The notes under the pieces: model-generated
The model's database searches: none
The model's input: the letters and a program-made list of their open reading frames with translations, nothing else
What the model was told of the DNA's origin: nothing
Position numbers and translations under genes: made by a program
NCBI GenBank assembly: GCA_045615545.1
Contig: JAZLFA010000037.1
Coordinates: 5,427-69,426, forward strand
Origin: Bacilli bacterium
GTDB taxonomy: Bacteria; Bacillota_I; Bacilli_A; RFN20; CAG-826
Direction: 5' to 3'
Length of the DNA: 64,000 bases
Shown: piece after piece, positions 7,641-19,363 of the stretch
Layout of the letters: every line of letters starts with the position of its first letter
How positions within the stretch are numbered: position 1 is the stretch's first letter

Positions 7641-10262
7641 TTATTCTAAAGAAGTATCTTTAACTTCGCTTCCATCAATAACAGCGGATTCTTCTTGTCC
7701 TTCTTCTATCTCTTCACCTTCTGGTAATTCATCTTCATGAGGAACAATTGCGATAGAAGAAACTTTTTGTCTGCCTTCAAGATTCATAATCTTGACACCT
7801 TGAGTATTTCTGCTTGCAATTCTAATTTGGTTAAGTGGTGTTCTAATAACAATACCAGCATTAGTAATTGCCATTAAATCGTCTTCTAAATTTACTGCAC
7901 GAACAGCAATTAAGTTACCAACTTTGTCTGTGGCTTTTAATGTTGATACACCTTTAGCACCACGTTTTGTTTGACGATATGTTGGTTCACCATCATCATC
8001 AATTGCTTTAGTTAATTTACCAAAGCCCTTGTCAGTCATAGCAAGGATATACTCGCCTTCTTCACTGGTGGTAACACCAACAGTGACTTCTCCTTCGCTT
8101 AATTCAATACCTTTAACACCCATTGTGTCACGGCCCATTGCTCTAGCTTCGCTAGCGACAAAGTTAACCATTTTGCTGTTGCTTGCTGCAATACCAACAA
8201 TAGTGTCGTCGCTTACAGGTTTAACATTTAATAATGTGTCGCCATCTCTTAAACTAATAGCAATCTTTCCGTTTTGACGAATAGATTCAAATTCTTTTAC
8301 TGATGTTTTCTTGATTAAGCCATTCTTTGTGAAGAACATGAGGAAACGATCATCAGCATATTCATCTAATGCGATAATAGCTTTTAAGTTTTCTCCTTTT
8401 TCAACATTAATTAAGTTAACAACAGGAATTCCCTTTGATTGTTTTGAGAATTCAGGAATTTCATATCCTCTAACACGATAAACTTTACCGAAATCAGTAA
8501 ATAATAATAAATCGGTATGTGTCTTTGTGTGGATCATGATATCAACAACATCGTTTTCGTTAGTAGACATACCTCTAACTCCACGTCCGCCTCTATTTTG
8601 TGCACGGAAAGAGTCGGTTGTTAATCTCTTAACGTAACCACCGCGAGTAACGGTAATGACTATTTCTTCTTGCGGAATTAAATCTTCGTCATCAATTGTG
8701 GATGCAATATCAGAGATTTCTGTTCTACGATCATCGCCGAATTTATCTTTGATTTCGAGTAATTCTTTTTCGACAACACCAATGATGTTTTCTCTACTTG
8801 AAAGGATACGATTATATTCTTTAATATTTAGTTCAAGTTGCGCTCTTTCTGCTTCAAGCTTATCGGTTTCAATGCCAGTTAATCTTCTTAATGTCATACC
8901 TAAAATTGCTTGGACTTGTAATTCACTAAATCCATATTTTGACATTAATTTTGTAGTAGCATCTTCAGGAGTTGCAGAGTTTTTGATGATATCGACAATG
9001 TCATCGATGTTGTCATGACACTTAATTAAGCCAACAACAATGTGGTCTCTAGCGGTGTCTTTTTCTAAATAGAATTGTGTTCTACGTGTGATGACATCAA
9101 TTTGGAATTCAAGATAAGTTTTAAGCAATGTAGCAAGAGAAGCAACTTTTGGTGCGCCATCAATTAAACAAAGATTGATGATACCAAAACTAATTTGTAA
9201 ACTTGTCATTTTATAGAGTTGGTTGAGGATGACTTCAGGAATCACATCTCTTCTAACTTCAATAACAACACGAACGCCTTCTTTGTTACTTTCATCACGA
9301 ATATCAGTAATACCATCGATAACTTTATCTCTTACTAATTGAGCCATACCTTCAATCATTTGAGCCTTATTAACTTGATAAGGAATTTCATCAACAATGA
9401 TGCGTTTTAATCCACCGTGTTCTCCACGATCTTCAATATGGCATTTACTACGAATAGCAATTGAGCCAGTTCCGGATTCATATGCATCTCTAATACCGCT
9501 TCTTCCTAAAATAATACCGCCAGTTGGGAAATCAGGACCTTTAATAATATCCATTAATTCCACTGTAGATATTTCAGGGTTGTGCGCAATAGCAATAACA
9601 CCATCAATAACTTCGTTTAAGTTGTGTGGAGGCATATTGGTTGCCATACCAACAGCAATACCATTAGAACCATTAACAAGTAAGTTAGGGAATCTAGAAG
9701 GTAATACGGATGGTTCTTGCTCAGTACCATCATAGTTATCGACAAAATCGACAGTGTTTGCGTTAATATCTCTTACCATTTCAAGAGCAAGTTTTTGTAA
9801 ACGTGCTTCAGTATAACGATAAGCAGCAGCTTCATCACCATCCATAGAACCGAAGTTACCATGTCCATCAACGAGACAATATCTCATTGCAAATGGTTGA
9901 GCTAATCTAACAACAGCACCATAAATTGCAGCGTCACCATGAGGGTGATATTTTCCCATGACGTCACCAACGATACGAGCACATTTCTTGAATGGTTTAT
10001 CAGGAGTGTTGCCGGTTTCGTTCATGCTAAATATGATTCTTCTGTGAACAGGTTTCATACCATCACGTGCATCTGGGATTGCACGGGCGATAATGACGCT
10101 CATCGCATAATCAAGGAAGCTTTCTTTAACTAAGTCAACAGTCTTAACGTCTTCTAATCCAGCAACAACACCAGATTGAAGCTCGTTTTCACCTTCAACG
10201 TTTTCAGGTTCTTCTTCGTTAACTTCTTCATTAGTTTTTATTTCTTCATCTTCAAAAAACAT
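7641..10262 (-). CDS. gyrA: DNA gyrase subunit A
   Basis: 873 aa. QRDR region AMSVIIARAIPDARDGMKPVHRR. Six-bladed CTD. Acidic C-terminal tail. Confidence 0.95.
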   Translation of the reverse strand: MFFEDEEIKTNEEVNEEEPENVEGENELQSGVVAGLEDVKTVDLVKESFLDYAMSVIIARAIPDARDGMKPVHRRIIFSMNETGNTPDKPFKKCARIVGDVMGKYHPHGDAAIYGAVVRLAQPFAMRYCLVDGHGNFGSMDGDEAAAYRYTEARLQKLALEMVRDINANTVDFVDNYDGTEQEPSVLPSRFPNLLVNGSNGIAVGMATNMPPHNLNEVIDGVIAIAHNPEISTVELMDIIKGPDFPTGGIILGRSGIRDAYESGTGSIAIRSKCHIEDRGEHGGLKRIIVDEIPYQVNKAQMIEGMAQLVRDKVIDGITDIRDESNKEGVRVVIEVRRDVIPEVILNQLYKMTSLQISFGIINLCLIDGAPKVASLATLLKTYLEFQIDVITRRTQFYLEKDTARDHIVVGLIKCHDNIDDIVDIIKNSATPEDATTKLMSKYGFSELQVQAILGMTLRRLTGIETDKLEAERAQLELNIKEYNRILSSRENIIGVVEKELLEIKDKFGDDRRTEISDIASTIDDEDLIPQEEIVITVTRGGYVKRLTTDSFRAQNRGGRGVRGMSTNENDVVDIMIHTKTHTDLLLFTDFGKVYRVRGYEIPEFSKQSKGIPVVNLINVEKGENLKAIIALDEYADDRFLMFFTKNGLIKKTSVKEFESIRQNGKIAISLRDGDTLLNVKPVSDDTIVGIAASNSKMVNFVASEARAMGRDTMGVKGIELSEGEVTVGVTTSEEGEYILAMTDKGFGKLTKAIDDDGEPTYRQTKRGAKGVSTLKATDKVGNLIAVRAVNLEDDLMAITNAGIVIRTPLNQIRIASRNTQGVKIMNLEGRQKVSSIAIVPHEDELPEGEEIEEGQEESAVIDGSEVKDTSLE

Positions 10263-10279
10263 AATTAGTAGCCTCCTTA

Positions 10280-12307
<2,028 letters not shown>

Positions 12308-12320
12308 TTAGAAGACCTCC

Positions 12321-13376
12321 TTATGCATCTTTTTTTATTTCGTAGTGGCTTGCGCCTTCTACTTTTAGCTCGGTCGCAGTAATAAATACTTGATCAAACT
12401 TTTTTAAAAACTTTATTAGTCGTTCTTGGTGTGACTTGTCTAATTCACTCATTACATCATCAAGAACCACTATTGGTCTTTTATCCCTATCTTCAACTAA
12501 GAAGTATGGGGAGAGTTTTAAGGCAAGAGCCACCAATCTGTTCTCGCCTTGCGATCCATAAACGGCAATATCGCGTTCATTTAGGTTCACAGAGAAGTCT
12601 TCTCTATGTGGGCCAATAGATGTTGCTTTGTGTTTTAAATCGCTTTCTTCTTGCCTTTTAAAGGCCTCTAACGCATGCTCCAGGAAATGTTCGTCGTTAT
12701 CCACAAATGGTTTATAGATAATTTCTATTTTCCCTTGTACGCCCGTGAGCGCGCGCGTTATTTTATTAAGGATATCGTTGATATCCTTGACATACATCTG
12801 CCTAAAATTCACTATTGGGGCAGACAATTTTGCGAGCATTTCCCTTGTTGTTTCAAGTAGAATTGGGTCCGGATTCTCGCTTTTTAATAGGTCATTTCTT
12901 GTTCTTAATGCTTTCTCGTATCGAGATATGTGTTCCAAGTAGATCGAACTCTTCTTCGATAAAGAGATGTCGAGAAAATTTCTTCTTTCTTTAGGTGAGC
13001 CTCTAAATAACATCACATCTTTTGGCTCAAACAGGGTTACATTAACACTTTTAGCTAACTCGCTTAACTTTGATACCGGCTTATTATTTATGACAATTTG
13101 ACGGCCGTTTTTGCTAATGCGAATTTTTATGTTCTTTTTTATCTCTCCTTCTTTTATTGATGCCTTAATCTCGCTCCAATCACTGCCTCTTTTTATAAGT
13201 TCTTCATCTTCCACCCCTCTAAACGATCTAGCTAGAGACAAGTAGTAGATAGCCTCCATAACATTTGTTTTTCCAACCGCATTTTTTCCGGTAATAATAT
13301 TTAATTTTGGTGAAAATTCAAATTTAGATAAGGCATGTGAACGGAAGTTGGTGATTGTCAACGAATCAATAATCAT
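12321..13376 (-). CDS. recF: DNA replication and repair protein RecF
   Basis: 351 aa. Walker A motif GKNAVGKTN. Canonical position after gyrB. Confidence 0.9.
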   Translation of the reverse strand: MIIDSLTITNFRSHALSKFEFSPKLNIITGKNAVGKTNVMEAIYYLSLARSFRGVEDEELIKRGSDWSEIKASIKEGEIKKNIKIRISKNGRQIVINNKPVSKLSELAKSVNVTLFEPKDVMLFRGSPKERRNFLDISLSKKSSIYLEHISRYEKALRTRNDLLKSENPDPILLETTREMLAKLSAPIVNFRQMYVKDINDILNKITRALTGVQGKIEIIYKPFVDNDEHFLEHALEAFKRQEESDLKHKATSIGPHREDFSVNLNERDIAVYGSQGENRLVALALKLSPYFLVEDRDKRPIVVLDDVMSELDKSHQERLIKFLKKFDQVFITATELKVEGASHYEIKKDA

Positions 13377-13597
13377 TATTTTGTTATCTTGATCAAAGTA
13401 TTTTCGGCTTTAACAATGTCGTTAGGATATAATTTTCTACCACGTCTATTTTCTGGCTCATCATTAACTAAAACTTCATTTTCGGCTAAATAGAATTTTG
13501 CTTGACCTCCAGTTTGAATGACGTCTGCTAATTTTAAAGCAACATTGAGAGTAATATATTCTTCATCTTCGCGAATTTTGATTATTTTTTCTTTCAC
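13376..13597 (-). CDS. yaaA: S4-domain RNA-binding protein YaaA
   Basis: 73 aa. S4 fold. The conserved dnaN - yaaA - recF synteny matches B. subtilis. Confidence 0.7.
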   Translation of the reverse strand: MKEKIIKIREDEEYITLNVALKLADVIQTGGQAKFYLAENEVLVNDEPENRRGRKLYPNDIVKAENTLIKITK

Positions 13598-13629
13598 AAG
13601 ACACTCCTAAAAAGTATTATACACGATAT

Positions 13630-13658
13630 AAATAAAAAAGGGAATATATAATTCCCTT
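13630..13658 (-). terminator. Intrinsic terminator between dnaN and yaaA
   Basis: Minus-strand RNA AGGGAAU-UAUAU-AUUCCCU followed by UUUUUUAUU. Confidence 0.5.
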
Positions 13659-13689
13659 AAATATTATAGTCTTTTAAATAGGCTTTTTA

Positions 13690-14814
13690 TCAATAATATG
13701 TACGTACTGGAGTCACGATTTGGATGACGGATGAATCAGAAGCGTTTTTAATCACAAATGGCTTCATTTCGCCTACAAATTCAACACACACATCTTCAGA
13801 ATCCAACGCTCTAACTGCAGCCAAAACGTATTCAGAATTGAATGACACTTTTAAAGGTGCACCTTCATATCTAAATGTATCAATTTTTTCTTGTGATGAA
13901 CCAACTTGTGAGCTCTTTGCAGCAATTTCTACACCTTCTTCAGAAAGAGATAAATCAACAACATTTTCTCTCTCCATAGAAAGAATATTTGCTCTTTCAA
14001 TCGCCTTAATTAAATCTTGAGATTTTACTTCGAGTTTATAATTAGCTATACGTGGAATAATATTCTTTGTATTTGGATAATCTCCTGCAACAAGTCTTGT
14101 AGAAACAACTGTTCTATCAAATGTGAACAAAGCCTTTTTATCGCTTACAGCGATATCGATATATTCAGCACCCTCTAACAAGTGCGAAACTTCCACAATC
14201 ATTTTCGCTGGAATGTTGGCAACAAAATTAATATCAGCTGGAATGGTTGTCTCTTTTCTTGCCATACGAGCAGAGTCTGTAGCGGTCGCCACTAATAGCC
14301 CGCCAGAGGCTTCTAAATTAAGTGCGGTTAATATTAAACGTTGTTCTTTAATCGAAGCCGCAAAAGCGGTTTGAGATATCATAGAATTGAAAGTAGAGGT
14401 TGTAAGAGTTATTTGTGTTCCATTTGATTCTAAATCTAACTCTGGATATTCTTCGGTTTTGATACATTGTAATTTGTAAGAAGACTTAGCAGCAGTGATT
14501 GTTGCAAGTACACTATCAACAACCTCAAATTCAAGTTCTTCAGCTTCTAATTTTCTAGCGATATCTGTAATAATTTTGCAGTTTGCTAAAATAGAACCTT
14601 CTTTATAATTACGAATGATTTCCTTTTCTCCAATTTTGTAAGGAACTAATGTTTTAATCGTTAAATCATAGTTTGAACCTGTTATAAACAATCCATTTTC
14701 ATTCAACTCAATTTTTAAGTTAGATAGTGCGGGTGTTGGTGATTTAGGGTTAACAGCTCTGCTTGCAACTGTCAGTCCTTTCAAAAATTCTTCTCTGTTA
14801 ATTGTGAACCTCAT
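13690..14814 (-). CDS. dnaN: DNA polymerase III beta sliding clamp
   Basis: 374 aa. Three-domain clamp. Position directly after dnaA. Confidence 0.9.
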   Translation of the reverse strand: MRFTINREEFLKGLTVASRAVNPKSPTPALSNLKIELNENGLFITGSNYDLTIKTLVPYKIGEKEIIRNYKEGSILANCKIITDIARKLEAEELEFEVVDSVLATITAAKSSYKLQCIKTEEYPELDLESNGTQITLTTSTFNSMISQTAFAASIKEQRLILTALNLEASGGLLVATATDSARMARKETTIPADINFVANIPAKMIVEVSHLLEGAEYIDIAVSDKKALFTFDRTVVSTRLVAGDYPNTKNIIPRIANYKLEVKSQDLIKAIERANILSMERENVVDLSLSEEGVEIAAKSSQVGSSQEKIDTFRYEGAPLKVSFNSEYVLAAVRALDSEDVCVEFVGEMKPFVIKNASDSSVIQIVTPVRTYY

Positions 14815-14841
14815 ATTTATTCACTCCTTTTTATATTTATT

Positions 14842-14920
14842 AATTAATAATAGTAATAGTCTTGGTGGATTATGTGGATAACCACTTTTTCTTTTATAAA
14901 TACATACTTGTTATCTACAT
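14842..14920. promoter_or_regulatory. dnaA-dnaN intergenic origin element (incC-like): DnaA boxes plus a DnaA-trio array
   Basis: Perfect DnaA box TGTGGATAA (rc TTATCCACA) at 14873-14881. A weaker box GGTGGATTA sits at 14864-14872. A 1-mismatch box TTATCTACA sits at 14911-14919. Immediately next to the boxes is TAATAATAGTAATAG (14845-14859). Read 3'-5' this is GAT AAT GAT AAT AAT, the 3'-[G/A]AT-5' DnaA-trio repeat described for B. subtilis oriC. It is separated from the boxes by a short spacer TCTTGG. The surroundings are AT-rich. Confidence 0.6.
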
Positions 14921-14955
14921 TTATTTTACGCGCGTATTTAATATTATTAAAAGGT

Positions 14956-16326
14956 TTATTTTTTTATTTGCTTTTGTAAGTCGTCTACAGCCTTCTTTAA
15001 TTGCTCATTAGTTTTCAACTCTTTATCCACATGAGATATGGCATTCATCACAGTGGTGTGATCCTTACCTCCAAACATGTCGCCAATCTTTTTGAGAGGT
15101 ACATCTAGATTTTGCCTAATTAAATACATTGCAATATGTCTCGCTAAGGCAATTTGTCCTGTACGCATTTTTCCAGTTAATTGTGTTGGGGTTAGATTGT
15201 AATAGTCCGCAACAATGTTAATAATCTTTTGCTCATTCATTTGCGTGGCAATTGTTTTGCCTTCAATTAATGAGGAAACGGCTTTTGCCGCTACATCCAT
15301 TGTTACAAAGTCAGTTTGTTTTTCATTGATTAAATGGAATACCAATCTATTGATTGCACCTTCAAGTTCTCTTACGTTGTGATTGAATTTGTCTGCTAAG
15401 AAATAGATGACAGACTCATCAAACTTGGCGATATCTAAACCATTTGATTCAATTTTCTTTTGTAAGATAGAGACACATGTATTTTGATCCGGTTCTTGAA
15501 TTTTTACCACTAGACCTTGAGTGAATCTAGTAACTAACCTTTCTTCAAGATTTTTTAGTTCATTTGGATTTTTATCGCTGGTAACAACAATTTGCTTTCC
15601 TGAGTTTACCATTTTTTGATAAATATCAAAGAACATTTCTTGAGTCTTAACTTTTTCAGCCAAAAATTGAATATCGTCAAACAATAATACATCTTGTTGA
15701 GAAACAAAATCCCTAAGTGACTCAGATTCGTGGACGCCCCTTACATATTTCACATATTCGTCCACGAAATCATTGCCACTTATATATAAAATCTTAGCGT
15801 TTGGATTACCTTCTTTTTTAATGTAATTACCAATCGCGTGAAGTAAGTGCGTTTTTCCGAGCCCAGAGTTTGAGTATATAAATAAAGGATTAAACATCTT
15901 TCCTGGGTTTCTTGCGATTAACAAAGCTGCTTGTGATGCCTCTCTATTAAATTGACCAACAACAAAATTGTCAAAATTCAAATTTGGATTAACAACACAT
16001 CCCTCAAAATAATTAGATTTTTTAGGAGTATTTGACGTTAATGTAGTAATGTTTTTTGAAACTTCGTTTGAATCAATAAATTTTAATGTAAATTCGGACT
16101 CCGTTAATTCGTTCACGGTTTCTGATACAGTATCATAATATTTTGTTTGTAATAGTTGAGCAGCAAGAGATGAATTAACAACAATGGTAATAAAATTACC
16201 ACTTATGTCTGAGATATATGATTCACTAAAAAAAGAATCAAACATCATAGGTTCATCTAACTTCCTTTGTATTTCTTCTAAAGCCTTTTTCCAAAGCTCT
16301 GTTGTTTCTGATATTGAACTAATCAT
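14956..16326 (-). CDS. dnaA: Chromosomal replication initiator DnaA
   Basis: 456 aa. AAA+ Walker A motif GLGKTHLL. C-terminal domain IV DNA-binding region. Confidence 0.95.
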   Translation of the reverse strand: MISSISETTELWKKALEEIQRKLDEPMMFDSFFSESYISDISGNFITIVVNSSLAAQLLQTKYYDTVSETVNELTESEFTLKFIDSNEVSKNITTLTSNTPKKSNYFEGCVVNPNLNFDNFVVGQFNREASQAALLIARNPGKMFNPLFIYSNSGLGKTHLLHAIGNYIKKEGNPNAKILYISGNDFVDEYVKYVRGVHESESLRDFVSQQDVLLFDDIQFLAEKVKTQEMFFDIYQKMVNSGKQIVVTSDKNPNELKNLEERLVTRFTQGLVVKIQEPDQNTCVSILQKKIESNGLDIAKFDESVIYFLADKFNHNVRELEGAINRLVFHLINEKQTDFVTMDVAAKAVSSLIEGKTIATQMNEQKIINIVADYYNLTPTQLTGKMRTGQIALARHIAMYLIRQNLDVPLKKIGDMFGGKDHTTVMNAISHVDKELKTNEQLKKAVDDLQKQIKK

Positions 16327-16397
16327 ATCTATTCCTCTTCGCTTGTATAAATTATAGGTAACGCACGTATGAAATCAAGAGCTAAAAGTAGCAAAAT

Positions 16398-16650
16398 TAA
16401 GTTTTCCACATTATTTTTATACTACAATAACATTTAGCAATATATAGTTAATATAAATATTAACAATAATTCTTTTAATATTACGAAAAAAGTTATCCAC
16501 ATTTGTCCACAATTTTCTAACATATTAACAAAAAGAAGATATAAAAAACGGTTGAAATGTGGAAAACCACTATTGTCTTATATAAATTAAGAGAGAAAAT
16601 GTGGAAAAGTCAAAAAACAATTTTTACGGAACAATACAAATGTGTATAAT
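16398..16650. promoter_or_regulatory. oriC upstream of dnaA (incA/B-like): DnaA-box cluster in AT-rich DNA. Also contains the dnaA and rpmH promoters.
   Basis: DnaA boxes TTTTCCACA at 16402-16410, TTATCCACA (perfect) at 16493-16501 and TTGTCCACA at 16503-16511. TGTGGAAAA at 16558-16566 and again at 16600-16608. A weak TGTGTATAA at 16641-16649. A very AT-rich stretch at 16411-16490. Confidence 0.7.
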
Positions 16651-16770
16651 TTATTTGACATAAAAACAGCAAAATAAAAATGAATATTTTTCCCTTTTTG
16701 TAAGTATAATTTGACATTTATCTATAAATGAATGTAAACTTTTCATTGCTAATTCGTGGAGGAACGATAA

Positions 16771-16908
16771 ATGAAAAGAACATATCAACCAAGTAAAATT
16801 AAACATCAACACAAATGTGGCTTTAGAGCTCGTATGAAAACAGCTGGTGGCCGCCGTGTTTTAGCACGTCGTCGTGCAAAAGGTAGAAAGAGCATTAGCG
16901 CCAACTAA
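16771..16908 (+). CDS. rpmH: 50S ribosomal protein L34
   Basis: 45 aa, [45 protein letters not shown]. Below the 60-aa ORF-track cutoff. SD GGAGG lies 9 nt upstream. The stop overlaps the rnpA ATG (TAATG). Confidence 0.85.
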   Translation: MKRTYQPSKIKHQHKCGFRARMKTAGGRRVLARRRAKGRKSISAN

Positions 16909-17240
16909 TGAAAAAGCAATTCCGCTTAGTTAAGAACGAACAATTCACTCTTGTTGTTAAAAAAGGGCAGACACTAAAAGATAAATCGTTTACCATTCAT
17001 TACTTGGCAAATGATTGTAATTATACGCGAGTAGGTGTGTCCGTATCGACAAAATTAGGTCATGCGGTTACAAGAAATAGAATAAAAAGACAAATTCGCG
17101 CTATGCTTGATGAGAGAATTGATTATTTAAATAGTTCGATTGACGTCGTGGTGATTGCTAGAAATGGTTTTCTTGAAAACACATTCAAGGATAATTATTC
17201 TATATTAGATAATTTATTATCTAACATTAAAGGTTTATAA
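16908..17240 (+). CDS. rnpA: RNase P protein component
   Basis: 110 aa, basic. Canonical rpmH - rnpA pairing. Confidence 0.85.
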   Translation: MKKQFRLVKNEQFTLVVKKGQTLKDKSFTIHYLANDCNYTRVGVSVSTKLGHAVTRNRIKRQIRAMLDERIDYLNSSIDVVVIARNGFLENTFKDNYSILDNLLSNIKGL

Positions 17241-17241
17241 A

Positions 17242-18729
17242 ATGAAAAAAAGAACAAAGATAGGATTAGGGTTAAGCGCATTAATCTTTGGTATATTTGC
17301 GTTAAGTGGATGTACTACTTCTTTTTGTAGTACTAATGATAAGGCCAATATGCTTTATGCATATGATAATGGTGTTACTGCTTACTATAACGCTACAGAT
17401 GCTGATTTGCCTGAAACCGCTACACTTATTCCAGGGACATCGATTTATAAAGATGTCAGTTATGTTTACAACAACGGTGGTTTGAATCAAATAATTAAAA
17501 CCGCAGTAGAAACCAACAACATTGAAGTTCCAAGTATTGATTATTGGGAAACTGTTGACGATATTATTTTTGAAAATTTGATAGAAAAATCACCAGACCC
17601 AATTGAAACAGCTGAAGATGTTGAAACCGGTTTGTTAGTCTATGGTTATCTTAAATTCTCTGAAAGCAAAGATCCTAATGTGACCACAAAAGAGTTGTGG
17701 CAAAACTGGGATGCTATAAACGAAGAAGCAAAAATTAGAGTTATGGACATTGATAAATGTCCAACAACAGACTTTATTAATTTTTATAAGAGCCAAATGA
17801 ATGGTTATATTAATAATTATCGTGCATGTATTACTACTGCGGATGGTTATTATGGATATTATGGTTTAGATGAAAATAAATATCCTGTTTTCATTGAAGC
17901 TAAAGATTATGGTTATGGTTGGAGCAAAGGATTCTTTGAAGGTCTTTTGGTTTGGCCTATTGCTGCTCTTGTAGATAAAATGTGCGAAGCATTTGCACCT
18001 ACTGTTGGTAACGGTTTAAATGGCACCACAGGATGGGCACAATTCCTTGCTATTACTATAGTAACGGTTTTAGTTAGAGCCATTATGTTCTTGTTCACAT
18101 TTAAACAAACAACTGCTAGTGCAAAAATGGCTGAATTACAACCTGAAATTGCTAAAATTCAAAACAAGTACCCTAATGCAAATACTAGCCAAAGCGAAAA
18201 AGCGAGAATGGCTGGAGAAATGCAAGCATTATATAAAAAGCATAAGATTAATCCATTTGGAACTATAATTGTGTTAATTATTCAATTCCCTGTATTCATA
18301 TGTGTATGGGGCGCATTGAGTGGTTCTGCATGGTTATCTACTGGTAGTTTCTGTAATTTGAATCTTTCAGATTCTATTAGTAGTGTCTTATTTAATGGTG
18401 CAAACTGGGCAAATGGCTCAGCTGTTACTGCTTTGGTTTTATTCTTGCTCATGGCAATTACACAAATTGTTTCCATGCTATTGCCACAATGGATTCAAAA
18501 GAGCAAAGAAAAGAAAACTGCTAAATTAGGTAAAAACCCAAACAAGAAGTCTCAAGACAACAAAATGAAATGGTTCACATATATTATGATGATCATGATT
18601 ATTATCATGGGCTTCTCGTTAGTGTCTGCTATGGGTGTTTATTGGTTTGTTGGTGCGTTGTTCTCAATCGCACAAACACTTATAATGCAAGCGATTACGC
18701 ATAAGAAAGCCAAGGAGAAGAAGATTTAA
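17242..18729 (+). CDS. yidC: Membrane protein insertase YidC/SpoIIIJ-type. Predicted lipoprotein with an extended periplasmic domain.
   Basis: 495 aa. Lipobox ALSGC at the end of the signal peptide. C-terminal Oxa1/YidC TM core and a basic tail. Canonical position after rnpA. Confidence 0.8.
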   Translation: MKKRTKIGLGLSALIFGIFALSGCTTSFCSTNDKANMLYAYDNGVTAYYNATDADLPETATLIPGTSIYKDVSYVYNNGGLNQIIKTAVETNNIEVPSIDYWETVDDIIFENLIEKSPDPIETAEDVETGLLVYGYLKFSESKDPNVTTKELWQNWDAINEEAKIRVMDIDKCPTTDFINFYKSQMNGYINNYRACITTADGYYGYYGLDENKYPVFIEAKDYGYGWSKGFFEGLLVWPIAALVDKMCEAFAPTVGNGLNGTTGWAQFLAITIVTVLVRAIMFLFTFKQTTASAKMAELQPEIAKIQNKYPNANTSQSEKARMAGEMQALYKKHKINPFGTIIVLIIQFPVFICVWGALSGSAWLSTGSFCNLNLSDSISSVLFNGANWANGSAVTALVLFLLMAITQIVSMLLPQWIQKSKEKKTAKLGKNPNKKSQDNKMKWFTYIMMIMIIIMGFSLVSAMGVYWFVGALFSIAQTLIMQAITHKKAKEKKI

Positions 18730-18730
18730 T

Positions 18731-19330
18731 ATGAAAGAATTTGTTGGAAAAACAGTTGAAGAAGCACTAGCTTCTGCAAGTGAGGAACTAGGTATTCCTA
18801 CCTCAGAAATCGTTTATGTCGTAAGCGATAAGAAAAAAGGACTAATTTCAAAGAAATGTGTTATCGAAGTATATGATTTGTCCGATATAATTCGTTACGC
18901 TGAAGATTATATTCTTGGAGTTATTGATGCTTTAGGAATTGAAAGCACTGTAAAATCAAAATTAGATGATGATATTATTCACATCACAATTGATAGTACA
19001 CATAACCCAATTTTGATTGGAAAGAATGGTAAAACCCTTCAAGCACTTAATGAATTAACAAGATTGGTTGTATCAAATACATTCAAGAAGAGAGTAAGAA
19101 TATTGCTTGATATTAATGGTTATAAAGACCATAAATATTATAAACTTGAAAAAACTGCGAGAAGACTTGCGCACCAAGTTCAAGAAAGCAAAACAACTTA
19201 TACATTTGACCCAATGCCATCTGACGAAAGAAGAGCAATTCACAATGCATGTGCTAATATGTCAAACATTCGTACAGAAAGTGTTGGCGAAGGTTCCCAT
19301 CGTCAAGTTCAAATAATTTACGTTGAATAA
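18731..19330 (+). CDS. jag: Jag/KhpB RNA-binding protein (KH plus R3H domains)
   Basis: 199 aa. GKNGKTLQALNEL (KH domain) and a C-terminal R3H-like region. Conserved yidC - jag synteny. Confidence 0.8.
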   Translation: MKEFVGKTVEEALASASEELGIPTSEIVYVVSDKKKGLISKKCVIEVYDLSDIIRYAEDYILGVIDALGIESTVKSKLDDDIIHITIDSTHNPILIGKNGKTLQALNELTRLVVSNTFKKRVRILLDINGYKDHKYYKLEKTARRLAHQVQESKTTYTFDPMPSDERRAIHNACANMSNIRTESVGEGSHRQVQIIYVE

Positions 19331-19334
19331 TAAG

Positions 19335-19357
19335 AGCACCTTCGGGTGCTTTTTGTG
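19335..19357 (+). terminator. Stem-loop with UUCG tetraloop and U-tract between jag and mnmE (terminator or attenuator)
   Basis: AGCACC-UUCG-GGUGCU followed by UUUUGUG. Ends 7 nt before the mnmE ATG. Confidence 0.5.
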
Positions 19358-19363
19358 TTAATT

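Noticed and set aside
19346-19363. ORF-track start of mnmE at a GTG at 19346
   Set aside because: The GTG lies inside the stem of the jag terminator hairpin. The conserved MnmE N-terminus begins at the ATG at 19364 (MFKTIVALATPP).
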